DNA of 64,000 bases from Octopus sinensis (GCF_006345805.1 NC_043002.1:38688001-38752000), one strand, 5' to 3'; counted from the first letter of the stretch, positions 41,206 to 52,874 are shown. A program made the numbers and translations. The notes: generated by a model from the letters alone, not told the origin.

Positions 41206-44200
41206 ATATAGAGGGCATTATACATACATGCCAGGAGGCATTCTACATACACGCCATACGCTAAGAGGGACAATCAGTCATTTCTACCAAAAATATTACT
41301 AATCCCACCGAATGCAATTTTTCAAAGAAAGACATTTAAAAATATATAGACCTGTATCACAGTGATTTCATACTTACGTAATCATCAGCAGGCCTGAATA
41401 TACTATAAATAAACAACGACCCTGCTTCGCTTAAGCCGATCAGCTAACTGATCAACATCAACGAAGCACATGGGTGGGTTTATATATACTATATCCGGAT
41501 GAATGGCAAACTTTTACGAATTGCATTTCGGGAGAGGAAAAGTTTTTTCGGAATAAAAATTTAGCAATTAAGGACAACTACTTAATAAGGAAAACTTAAC
41601 AAGAATTGTCAGGTAGATAGCGTAAAAACCTCATAAGAGAAAAAATTTCGAAAATAATTATTTCCTATTGAACATATTAATTTATATATAGAGGGCATTA
41701 TACATACATGCCAGGAGGCATTCTACATACACGCCATACGCTAAGAGGGACAATCAGTCATTTCTACCAAAAATATTACTAATCCCACCGAATGCAATTT
41801 TTCAAAGAAAGACATTTAAAAATATATGACCTGTATCACAGTGATTTCATACTTACGTAATCATCAGCAGGCCTGAATATACTATAAAAAACAACGACCC
41901 TGCTTCGCTTAAGCCGATCAGCTAACTGATCAACATCAACGAAGCACATGGGTGGGTTTATATATACTATATCCGGATGAATGGCAAACTTTTACGAATT
42001 GCATTTCGGGAGAGGAAAAGTTTTTTCGGAATAAAATTTAGCAATTAAGGACAACTACTTATAAGGAAAACTTAACAAGAAATTGTCAGGTAGATAGCGT
42101 AAAAACCTCATAAGAGAAAAATTTCGAAAATAATTATTTCCTGTTGAACATATTAATTTATATATAGAGGGCATTATACATACATGCCAGGAGGCATTCT
42201 ACATACACGCCATACGCTAAGAGGACAATCAGTCATTTCTACCAAAAATATTACTAATCCCACGAATGCAATTTTTCAAAGAAAGACATTTAAAAATATA
42301 TAGACCTGTATCACAGTGATTTCATACTTACGTAATCATCAGCAGGCCTGATATACTATAAATAAAACACGACCCTGCTTCGCTTAAGCCGATCAGCTAA
42401 CTGATCAACATCAACGAAGCACATGGGTGGGTTTATATATACTATATCCGGATGAATGGCAAACTTTTACGAATTGCATTTCGGGAGAGGAAAAGTTTTT
42501 TCGGAATAAAATTTAGCAATTAAGGACAACACTTAATAAGGAAAACTTAACAAGAAATTGTCAGGTAGATAGCGTAAAAACCTCATAAGAGAAAAAATTT
42601 CGAAAATAATTATTTCCTATTGAACATTTAATTTTATATATAGAGGGCATTATACATACATGCCAGGAGGCATTCTACATACACGCCATACGCTAAGAGG
42701 GACAATCAGTCATTCTATTCTACCAAAAATATTACTAATCCCACCGAATGCAATTTTTCAAAGAAAGACATTTAAAAATATATAGACCTGTATCACAGTG
42801 ATTTCATACTTACGTAATCATCAGCAGGCCTGAATATACTATAAATAAACAACGACCCTGCTTCGCTTAAGCCGATCAGCTAACTGATCAACATCAACGA
42901 AGCACATGGGTGGGTTTATATATACTATATCCGGATGAATGGCAAACTTTTACGAATTGCATTTCGGGAGAGGAAAAGTTTTTTCGGAATAAAAATTTAG
43001 CAATTAAGGACAACTACTTAATAAGGAAAACTTAACAAGAAATTGTCAGGTAGATAGCGTAAAAACCTCATAAGAGAAAAAATTTCGAAAATAATTATTT
43101 CCTATTGAACATATTAATTTATATATAGAGGGCATTATACATACATGCCAGGAGGCATTCTACATACACGCCATACGCTAAGAGGGACAATCAGTCATTT
43201 CTACCAAAAATATTACTAATCCCACCGAATGCAATTTTTCAAAGAAAGACATTTAAAAATATATAGACCTGTATCACAGTGATTTCATACTTACGTATCA
43301 TCAGCAGGCCTGAATATACTATAAATAAACAACGACCCTGCTTCGCTTAAGCCGATCAGCTAACTGATCAACATCAACGAAGCACATGGGTGGGTTATAT
43401 ATACTATATCCGGATGAATGGCAAACTTTCGAATTGCATTTCGGGAGAGGAAAAGTATTTTCGGAAATAAATTTAGCAATTAAGGACAACTACTTAATAA
43501 GGAAAACTTAACAAGAAATGGTGTCAGGTAGATAGCGTAAAAACCTCATAAGAGAAAAAATTTCGAAAATAATTATTTCCTATTGAACATATTAATTTAT
43601 ATATAGAGGGCATTTACATACATGCCAGGAGGCATTCTACATACACGCATACGCTAAGAGGGACAATCAGTCATTTCTACCAAAAATATTACTAATCCAC
43701 CGAATGCAATTTTTCAAAGAAAGACATTTAAAAATATATAGACCTGTATCACAGTGATTTCATACTTACGTAATCATCAGCAGGCCTGAATATACTATAA
43801 ATAAACAACGACCCTGCTTCGCTTAAGCCGATCAGCTAACTGATCAACATCAACGAAGCACATGGGTGGGTTTATATATACTATATCCGGATGAATGGCA
43901 AACTTTTACGAATTGCATTTCGGGAGAGGAAAAGTTTTTTCGGAATAAAAATTTAGCAATTAAGGACAACTACTTAATAAGGAAAACTTAACAAAAGAAT
44001 GTCAGGTAGATAGCGTAAAAACCTCATAAGAGAAAAAATTTCGAAAATAATTATTTCCTATTGAACATATTAATTTATATATAGAGGGCATTATACATAC
44101 ATGCCAGGAGGCATTCTACATACACGCCATACGCTAAGAGGGACAATCAGTCATTTCTACCAAAAATATTACTAATCCCACCGAATGCAATTTTTCAAAG

Positions 44201-44538
44201 AAAGACATTTAAAAATATATAGACCTGTATCACAGTGATTTCATACTTACGTAATCATCAGCAGGCCTGAATATACTATAAATAAACAACGACCCTGCTT
44301 CGCTTAAGCCGATCAGCTAACTGATCAACATCAACGAAGCACATGGGTGGGTTTATATATACTATATCCGGATGAATGGCAAACTTTTACGAATTGCATT
44401 TCGGGAGAGGAAAAGTTTTTTCGGAATAAAAATTTAGCAATTAAGGACAACTACTTAATAAGGAAAACTAACAAGAAATTGTCAGGTAGATAGCGTAAAA
44501 ACCTCATAAGAGAAAAAATTTCGAAAATAATTATTTCC
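41198..44538 (-). repeat. Left arm of ~480-bp tandem array (7 units, last ~13 nt short); hammerhead sense is the minus strand
   Basis: Unit start AATTTATATATAGAGGGC recurs at ~41199, 41679, 42155, 42630, 43116, 43594, 44072; units differ almost only by 1-nt indels; no ORF of 60 aa or more in the track. Confidence 0.97.
41348..41395 (-). ncRNA. Type I hammerhead motif, first of seven minus-strand copies (others ~41828, 42302, 42784, 43265, 43740, 44221)
   Basis: Plus strand AGACCTGTATCACAGTGATTTCATACTTACGTAATCATCAGCAGGCCT is the reverse complement of the 45005 motif; copies 2 and 5 each lack one nucleotide. Confidence 0.8.
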
Positions 44539-45004
44539 ATACGTAAGTATGAAATCACTGTGATACAGGTCTATATATTTTTAAATGTCTTTCTTTGAAA
44601 AATTGCATTCGGTGGGATTAGTAATATTTTTGGTAGAAATGACTGATTGTCCCTCTTAGCGTATGGCGTGTATGTAGAATGCCTCCTGGCATGTATGTAT
44701 AATGCCCTCTATATATAAATTAATATGTTCAATAGGAAATAATTATTTTCGAAATTTTTTCTCTTATGAGGTTTTTATGCTATCTACCTGACAATTTCTT
44801 GTTAAGTTTTCCTTATTAAGTAGTTGTCCTTAATTGCTAAATTTTTATTCCGAAAAAACTTTTCCTCTCCCGAAATGCAATTCGTAAAAGTTTGCCATTC
44901 ATCCGGATATAGTATATATAAACCCACCCATGTGCTTCGTTGATGTTGATCAGTTAGCTGATCGGCTTAAGCGAAGCAGGGTCGTTGTTTATTATAGTAT
45001 ATTC

Positions 45005-45052
45005 AGGCCTGCTGATGATTACGTAAGTATGAAATCACTGTGATACAGGTCT
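45005..45052 (+). ncRNA. Type I hammerhead ribozyme motif of the array unit (predicted cleavage 45045/45046)
   Basis: AGGCCTG-CTGATGA-T.TAC(GTAA)GTA.T-GAAA-TCACTGTGA-TA-CAGGTCT: 7-bp stem I (one G.U), intact core, GNRA-capped stem II, near-palindromic stem III, AUA triplet. U.U at the base of stem II is atypical. Confidence 0.8.
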
Positions 45053-45483
45053 ATATATTTTTAAATGTCTTTCTTTGAAAAATTGCATTCGGTGGGATTA
45101 GTATATTTTTGGTACAAATGACTGATTGTCCCTCTTAGCGTATGGCGTGTATGTAGAATGCCTCCTGGCATGTATGTATAATGCCCTCTATATATAAATT
45201 AATATGTTCAATAGGAAATAATTATTTTCGAAATTTTTTCTCTATGAGGTTTTTACGCTATCTACCTGACAATTTCTTGTTAAGTTTTCCTTATTAAGTA
45301 GTTGTCCTTAATTGCTAAATTTTTATTCCGAAAAAACTTTTCCTCTCCCGAAATGCAATTCGTAAAAGTTTGCCATTCATCCGGATATAGTATATATAAA
45401 CCCACCCATGTGCTTCGTTGATGTTGATCAGTTAGCTGATCGGCTTAAGCGAAGCAGGGTCGTTGTTTATTTATAGTATATTC

Positions 45484-45531
45484 AGGCCTGCTGATGATTA
45501 CGTAAGTATGAAATCACTGTGATACAGGTCT
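45484..45531 (+). ncRNA. Type I hammerhead motif, second complete plus-strand copy
   Basis: Identical to 45005-45052. Confidence 0.8.
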
Positions 45532-45868
45532 ATATATTTTAAATGTCTTTCTTTGAAAAATTGCATTCGGTGGGATTAGTAATATTTTTGGTAGAAATGA
45601 CTGATTGTCCCTCTTAGCGTATGGCGTGTATGTAGAATGCCTCCTGGCATGTATGTATAATGCCCTCTATATATATTAATATGTTCAATAGGAAATAATT
45701 ATTTTCGAAATTTTTTCTCTTATGAGGTTTTTACGCTATCTACCTGACAATTTCTTGTTAAGTTTTCCTTATTAAGTAGTTGTCCTTATTGCTAAATTTA
45801 TATATAATATATATAATATATATATCTATATATATATATATATATATATTTATAGCAATGAGGGTCAT

Positions 45869-45904
<36 letters not shown>

Positions 45905-46054
45905 CAATGAGGGTCATTGTTATAATTATATATAATTTTACCGAATATGGTCCTTTTCAATACCGAAGAACTACTTGGTGAAATTTGTTGATTTTATTAA
46001 ATTAACTATATTTCACCCTTTATCTGTATTGTATGTATATATATATATATTATA

Positions 46055-46104
<50 letters not shown>

Positions 46105-46153
46105 AAACAAGTCAAAAATAGAAAATGCTAAAATAATTTTATAGTGAACATTT

Positions 46154-46191
46154 CAGTACCGGTTTCGGTCATTTTGAGACCTTTTCAACTG
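46154..46191 (-). ncRNA. Minimal type I hammerhead variant (U3-A8 core) at the PLE 3' end
   Basis: Minus strand CAG-TTGAAAA-GGTC(TCAAAAT)GACC-GAAA-CCGG-TA-CTG; stem I extends CGTT.A.CAG/CTG.A.AATG; stem III is the palindrome ACCGGT; GUA triplet. Confidence 0.7.
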
Positions 46192-46544
46192 TAACGATTA
46201 AATAATTAAATTTAGAAAAATTAGAAGAAAAGTTTTTTTAAAGGAATATTTCTATAGTAGTGTTCATATATAAGTGGCATTCTGCCTTTCTCTGACTCCC
46301 TTGTTTGCACTTGTGTGTTCGAGGTCGTTGTGAGTTCTTGGTAGGGTAGTAGAGGAAGAGGGCTGGTGAGGAAAGGGGGTGGGAGAATCTGGGAGTGCCC
46401 TGATGGTCGTATTTTGAATGGTCAGTGGCGGCTGGCAGTCTCAGTTCAATTCAGGAGAATATTTATATTGACAGGCTTGTTTATAGAATTAGCGTAAGTG
46501 TTATACTAAAAAACATTAGTGACAAAGTTAAGGGGTAGGGGTGG

Positions 46545-46755
46545 AGAAGTAGAAGAAGAAGAAGAAGAAGAAGGAGAAGGAGAAGGAGAAGGAGAAGATG
46601 ACGATGATGGTGATGGTGGTGATGATTATGACGACGATGATGATGATAATGATAATGATGAAGAAGAAGAAGAAGAAGAAGGAGGAGAAGGAGAAGATGG
46701 TGGTGATGATGGTGGTGATGATGATGACGACGATGATGATGATAATGATGATGAT

Positions 46756-46790
<35 letters not shown>

Positions 46791-46803
46791 AGAAGAAGAA
46801 GAA
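46545..46803. repeat. Compound (GAA)n/(GAT)n/(GGT)n trinucleotide repeat
   Basis: Direct reading; source of the poly-E/D and poly-M/K ORFs. Confidence 0.95.
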
Positions 46804-47026
46804 AAAACAGAGAAGGGAGAATATGAATGGGTGTAAATATAGCTATGAAGGGGCTGATTAGTAATGGATTCTATGGAGTGTAATATTTGTGTGTGTATAT
46901 ATATTTTTCTTTTATTCTAAAGTTGAGGTATATTAATTGTTTGTCGTAGACCCGTTAAGAAGTGGCTTGTATTTTGTAATAAAGAGATTTTCTTTACTTA
47001 TTCGTTGTCTCGAGGTTGTATCGTCC

Positions 47027-48686
47027 CTAAATTGGTAGAGGGGGAAAATTCTGAAGTTTGGTGTTTTTTTTGTTGGCGCAAGTATCTATGTGTTGGCTAA
47101 AAGCTATTTTTCTGTTTTGGGGAATTTTTATCTGGGATCTGTGCAGGGCCATTCGTTTACGCAAACCATTTTTTGTTTGGCCTATGTACTGCTCTTGACA
47201 CCCGGAGCAGGTTAGTGAGTATATTAGGTTCTCCGAAGCACATGTGAAGTTGCTTTTCACTGTAAACCGTTGTCCCTGTTTGAAGGAGAACTCTGATCCC
47301 TCAATAAGATAGTCGCATATCCCGCAATTGGGTCTTCCACATTTTTTACTGTCGGCTTCTGTGTTGAAGAGTGAATTCGGGCTTGTGTAAGGAGACTTTT
47401 CATGGATCTAGGCTGTCTTTTGCTTTTTATGATCGTGTGTGTTTGGAGGATTTTTTTCATTCTGTGGTCTTTTTTTAGGAGGGGTATGTTGTGGAGGATG
47501 GTGTCGAAGGCTTCGTTATTGAGAGGGTTGTGTGTGGAGATGTATGGTAAGGCTTTTGGTTGTAAGTTTTTCTTGATTTGGGATGTCTCAGTTCCTTGAT
47601 GTTAAGTTGAAGGGCACGTTGAATGCACTTGTCAATAAGTGAAGGTGGATAGTTCCTGGTGATTAGGGTATCTTTTAGTTCTTGTAGTCGTGTGTCTCTG
47701 GTGTTTGCGTTAGAGACTATAGTGCATATCCTTTTTGCTAGATTGAAGGGGATATTCATCCTGGTGTGTCTGGGGTGGCATGAATTGAATGGAAGATATT
47801 GCTTAGAGTCTGTAGGCTTATAGTATATGTCTGTTTCTATTATATTATTAGCTTTCTTAATGAGGATATCGAGGAAGGGGAGTTGTTGTTGGCTATATTC
47901 CATCGTGAATTGGATGTTTACGTCCAGTCCGTTTAAAATTTTCTGGAATTCTATGAGTTTTTCTATATTTTTATGCCAAAGGATGAAACAGTCATCTAGA
48001 TATCTCTTCCAGTTGTTTTCTATGTAGATGGAGAAAGGGCTGCCATATCTTTCTAGAACCTTACGATACAGACTGATCTCTAGGTATCCTATGACTAGGT
48101 TGGCAAAGGAGGGGGCCATTCGTGTACCCATCGCAGTCCCCGATTTTTGTCGGTAGAAGTTGTCATTGAAGGCGAAGAAGTTATTTTCCAGGATGAATTT
48201 AACCCCTTCTATCACAAATTCTTTTTTGATGCGGTGTGGTAGTTCGTTGGCGTGATTCTCTAGCCAGAATTGGATTGCCTCTAGTCCTAGGTTGTGTTGG
48301 GATATTGGAGTAGAGGTTGACTACATCGAAGGATACCAGTATGGTGTTTTTGTTTATAGTATTCGGTAGGTGATTGAGCATATCTAAGTCGTCCCTTATA
48401 TAGCTTTTGACATGTTTGAGGAGTGGTTTTAACAGGGTGTCTAAAAAGTTACTGAGGCGGTGGGTTTCGCATGCGGGACCTGCTATTATGGGTCTCAATT
48501 TGAGGTCATTAGGATTAGGGACTTTAATTATTTTGTCTGTAGCTATCTTGCATGCGTTGCTTATTTTTTCACTTTTGTGGATCTTAGGTATACCGTAGAA
48601 TTGGCTAGTTTTACTTGTGAAATTGGTCATATAATCATATTCTTTGTCGGTGAGCCCTGCTTTGTATGGGTTTAATATGGATTTTA
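47027..48686 (-). pseudogene. PLE reverse transcriptase + GIY-YIG endonuclease ORF, 5'-truncated, three small frameshifts (~48290, ~47560, ~47345)
   Basis: ORFs 48199-48765, 47475-48215, 47257-47460 and 47027-47260 join into one PLE polyprotein by small frame changes; I saw no in-frame stops in the joined path. Confidence 0.9.
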
Positions 48687-49059
48687 TACATATATACATA
48701 CATACGTACATACATAGGATCAGCGGTGGTGCCCCAGCACGACCACAGCTTTGAAGCTGAAACAATTTAAAGAAATAAAGCTATATATGTACATACATAC
48801 GTACATACATACATACATACATACATACATACATACATACATACATACATACATACATACATACATACACATGCATTCATGCATACAATTCTTTCACAAG
48901 TCATTGGTTGGCCCGGGAGTATAGTGTAGACACTTGCCGCATATGCTATATATTGGAGCTGAATCTAAAAGCCTATGATTTAGGAACGAACTAATTATCG
49001 AGACAGGGTTGTTATCCACACATACATACTTATGTATGTATGTATGTATGCATGCATGT

Positions 49060-49357
49060 TACCTTCTCCTAGAAGGATGCCCTAACTAACGCTAGGAGTC
49101 CTTCACTCCCAATGGTTTAACCGCGCGATCGGGTAACTGGGATAATTTCGACATAAAACCTGCGGCTCAGTGGTTACCGATGATGTTGACTTGTTCTTCT
49201 TTTCAGATTATGGCTGCTGTTGCTTAGTGAGTGGGATTGACTCAGTGCACAGCCCTTCCTCGCTTTAAAAAAATCTTCTTGCACAAGCATTGCACGATAA
49301 CAACATTGATTAAGCTTCGTGCAATGGCCACACTCGATAACAAGGGGGCAGCCACCA
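49060..49357 (-). mobile_element. Possible RTE-type LINE 5' UTR fragment between (TATG)n tracts
   Basis: Ends in GGGCATCCTTCTAGGAGAAGG, which resembles RTE 5' UTR motifs from memory; not verified by search. Confidence 0.35.
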
Positions 49358-49923
49358 TGTATGTATGTATGTATGTATGTATGCATGCAGTATTTATCTT
49401 TTGTCGTTTGTCGTTTTTTCGCCCGCTTGAATCTCTTTCACTCCATAACAATTTCTATATTGCTACCTCTCCCTCTTCCTCCTGGCTTTCGCTGTTTCAT
49501 TTACAAAAGATGTAATCTCGGTGCTTGCTGGGTTTTTTTTATTTAATATATTGTCTTCTTTCAGTTGGACATGGTATTTATTTATTAATTTTGAACTAAA
49601 ATATATCGAAGTGTAAACAATTAGACAGAGTGTTTATTGAATATCACAGAACCATTTTCAGTATCACACTCGAAAATTTCTCGCTGCAGATCTCTTTTAT
49701 TTTCTCACTTATTCTGCTTCTTTCTTCACGTTGAACTTTCTGGATTTTCAAAATAAAACAAATGGATGGCAAAGTGTAAACAACGACGTAAATGGCTCAT
49801 TTAATAATACCAAAGAATTTCGTACATAACGATGGTACATACACGCACACACATACATAGATACATGTATACACCCACACACACACATATATATATACGT
49901 GTGTGTGTTTGATGTGCAGGTGC

Positions 49924-49960
<37 letters not shown>

Positions 49961-50186
49961 TCTCTCTCTTTCTACCATCCTACCACTTTGTTAAATGCAT
50001 ATTAATGCGTAATGTAATTATTTCTTTATCACCTTTCAAATTGTATTTATAGACACAAACGCACCTTCGTAGTTCGGAAGGGATTTGCCGGAATAAAGTC
50101 GCCTTTTTAAACTCCTAATTTCATACTCATCTTCGTCCTCCTCACATTTGTTCTTATTTTTCCTTATTGCCATCATCCTCATCGTT

Positions 50187-50221
<35 letters not shown>

Positions 50222-50359
50222 AATCACCAACATCAACATCAACAACTGCAGTGCTATTAATACACATAAAACTGATGAGGTTTCCATTGGGGGTTAACAA
50301 GTAATTAACTTTGCATATGCCTTAGAACATCTAACCTAATTATTTATAATTATGATGCT

Positions 50360-50760
50360 AGGAAGTAAAGTTCCGAAATGTCATAGAAGTTTGCTTCCCA
50401 ATCTAATGGTTTCAGATTCAATTCCAGCGCGTGGCACCTTAAGCAAGTGCCTTTTACGATAACCTTAGGCTGACTGAAAACTTGTGAGATTTGGTAGACG
50501 GAAACTGAAAGGAGAATGTCGTATATATACGTGTGTGTGTGAGAGAGAGAGAAAGAGAGAGAGTATGTGTGTATGTATGTGAGTGTGTATGTGTGCGAGA
50601 GATAGAGCCTGTTGTTCCCCCGCCACCATTTCACAATAGGTTTTGGTCTACGTCTCAGTAAGTAGCAGTTTGGCCTAAGAGATCGATAGACTAAGTCCCA
50701 GACTTTTAAAAACATAAGTACTGTGAACAATTTATTGACTAAAAAACAAATACTTTCAAG
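50360..50760 (-). mobile_element. SINE family A, diverged
   Basis: GGTAGACGGAAACTGAAA core and body similarity. Confidence 0.7.
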
Positions 50761-51629
50761 ATAGTAACCCGGCAGTCTACTAAAACTGTCCAGAAGAGAT
50801 ACAAAACCGGGAAATGAAGCGAATTGGAACAGACGGTCATTTCGAAACCACAACTTTATATTATCAGCCTGGAAACGGATTTGAACACAGAGTGTGAATG
50901 TTCGCAACAACCTTTATATTATCCATCCTCGATCGTGCAAAAAGGAAAAGGCATGATTAACCTTGGTAGTATTTGAAATTAGAATGGAAAAAAACTGTAA
51001 GAAATGTCGCTAAGTGTTTTGTCATACGTGCTACTAATGATTCTGTTTGCACGCTGCCTTAATGATGATAATAATGGTTTCAAATTTTGGCCCAAGGCCA
51101 CCAATTTCGGGAGAGGGTAAAAGTCGATTAGATTGGCTCCAGCACTCAACTGGTAGTTATGTTATCGACTTCGAGATGATGAAAGGCAAAGTCAGCCTCT
51201 TTAATGATAATAATAATAATGTTTTCAAATGTTGGCACAAGGACAGCGAGTTCGGGGGAGGGATAATTCGATTACCTCGACCCTACTATGCAACTGGTAC
51301 TTAGTTCATCTACCCCGAAAGGATGAAAGACAAAGTTGACCTCGGCAGAATTTGAACTCAAAACTTAGCGACGGGCGAAATACCGCTAAGCATTCCATCC
51401 AGCGTGCTAACAGTTCTGCCAGCTCGCCGTATTGAGCTAAGCAAAATTACCTTCTCTCCTCTAGGCACAAGGCCTGACATTTTGGGCTAGTCGATTAGAC
51501 AGACGAAATACCACTAAGCATTTTGGCCGGCATGCTAACGATTCTGCCAGCTCGCTGCCTTAAGCTAAGCAAAATAATACTCTACATACACTCAACGTCA
51601 GAGCAGTATATTTCATAATGTATGAAGTG

Positions 51630-52630
51630 GAAATTAGTGAAGGATTAAGTGAAGGGCGTAGACAGGAAGAATAGAAAATAGGTAACATTGCATAAACGCA
51701 TGAATCTCCAGTTAGATGTGAACCGTTTATAACTGAGAAGGAAGAGTGGAATGAAGGGTATTAATGAACATTGAACAGGGTACAGAAGTGGAGAGAACAA
51801 GTCTAGGATCATATCTAGGAGAGAAAGAACTTCATCTTAAGAAGGTGATGAATAGAGGACTATTACAGAGTTTGCAGACCTCAAAACGAAAAAGACAATA
51901 GAAAAGAAAAGTGTTAGGAAGTAACTTTATTCAGTATTTTTCATAGCGAAAATTTTAAACATAAGGAATTTTGGTTTTGTTTACAGAAAGGTGTAAGGAT
52001 GATTTCAGCAGAACAGCAACCAGGTCTAAGGGTAAAACTGATGAAAAAAATGATAACTAGTAAGCATGTTCATCAAAATGTTGAATGCGTGGCGATAATG
52101 ATGCGATGATAGCTCATATTTTATCAGGATGCCCATGTTTTATTCCACATGAGTTGAAAAACTGTTGGCATGATAAGGTTGCTGCAATAATACACTGGAG
52201 TTCTTACATGGGATTCAGTTTTACAAGTGCTGAAAAGAGCAATAATTATTTTCTAAGAATAGAAATGAATATCCTTGAAAACGATAAGTGGAGTTGTTAG
52301 AAGAGTTTCCTATAGAAATCGAAATGAGATCAGCGAACAAGCCGGATATAGTCGTTGATAACATCAAAAATGTGTTTTATAATTGACATGGCATGACAAA
52401 TTGTTACTAGAATCAAGAGAAGGGAAAAGAAAAGAAGCAGTGTATTATATCTACATGCGGTATGAAATTCTGAAAAGTTGTAACAAAGACGTTAACGAGG
52501 TCGTGATCCTGCCAGTTATTAACGGGGGCCTTGGGGAGCGTGTTGAAAAATTTGAAAATAACCTATGGAAAGCTAGATCTTAATTGGCGAGTGGGTGCAA
52601 TGCAGTTGGTTCAGCAGGAATTATCTGATA
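51630..52630 (+). mobile_element. Heavily decayed R4/Dong-type element 3' region (CCHC knuckle + REL endonuclease)
   Basis: IAHILSGCP..WHDKVAAIIHW, ILEND, ANKPDIVVD, VVILPVINGGLG, GSAGII. Confidence 0.75.
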
Positions 52631-52798
52631 AAACCTCGATACAAAGTAATGACAGATTTGAACAGCATAAACAACATATGGAAGTGGACACAAAAGCTTT
52701 TCATCATATGCCACGAGATGTGTTCTGAAAGGAAAAATAATCAAGCCGTTTACAATGTACCATGTAAAAGCAAAACAAGAACAACAACAACAACAACT

Positions 52799-52872
<74 letters not shown>

Positions 52873-52874
52873 CC

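Larger units (their letters stand above)
44540..45799 (+). repeat. Right (inverted) arm of the same array, ~2.6 units; hammerhead sense is the plus strand
   Basis: Reverse complement of the left-arm unit (GCCCTCTATATAT at ~44704, 45183, 45662); starts inside the ribozyme motif, ends at GCTAAATTT then (TA)n. Confidence 0.96.
46100..48686 (-). mobile_element. 5'-truncated Penelope-like element (probably Neptune clade) with putative 3' UTR split by a GAA/GAT microsatellite
   Basis: RT motifs FYGIPKIHK, LRPIIAG, SFDVVNLYSNIP, GTAMGTRMAPSFANL, RYLDDCF, LPFLD, YYKPTD, SCHP; CGRPNCGIC linker; GIY-YIG LIYSLTC...QYIGQT. The 3' boundary is inferred from the hammerhead at 46154-46191. Confidence 0.93.

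Noticed and set aside
41198-45799. Array as a CRISPR array or as a plain missed-adapter fold-back artefact
   Set aside because: There are no unique spacers and the DNA is eukaryotic. The inversion is asymmetric and non-mirrored flanking sequence resumes on both sides; read-level confirmation is still needed.
49290-49357. HDV-like ribozyme at the putative RTE 5' end
   Set aside because: A P1-like helix (GGTGGCT/GGCCATT) and a P4-like hairpin are present, but I could not build P2, P3 or L3 in the required order.
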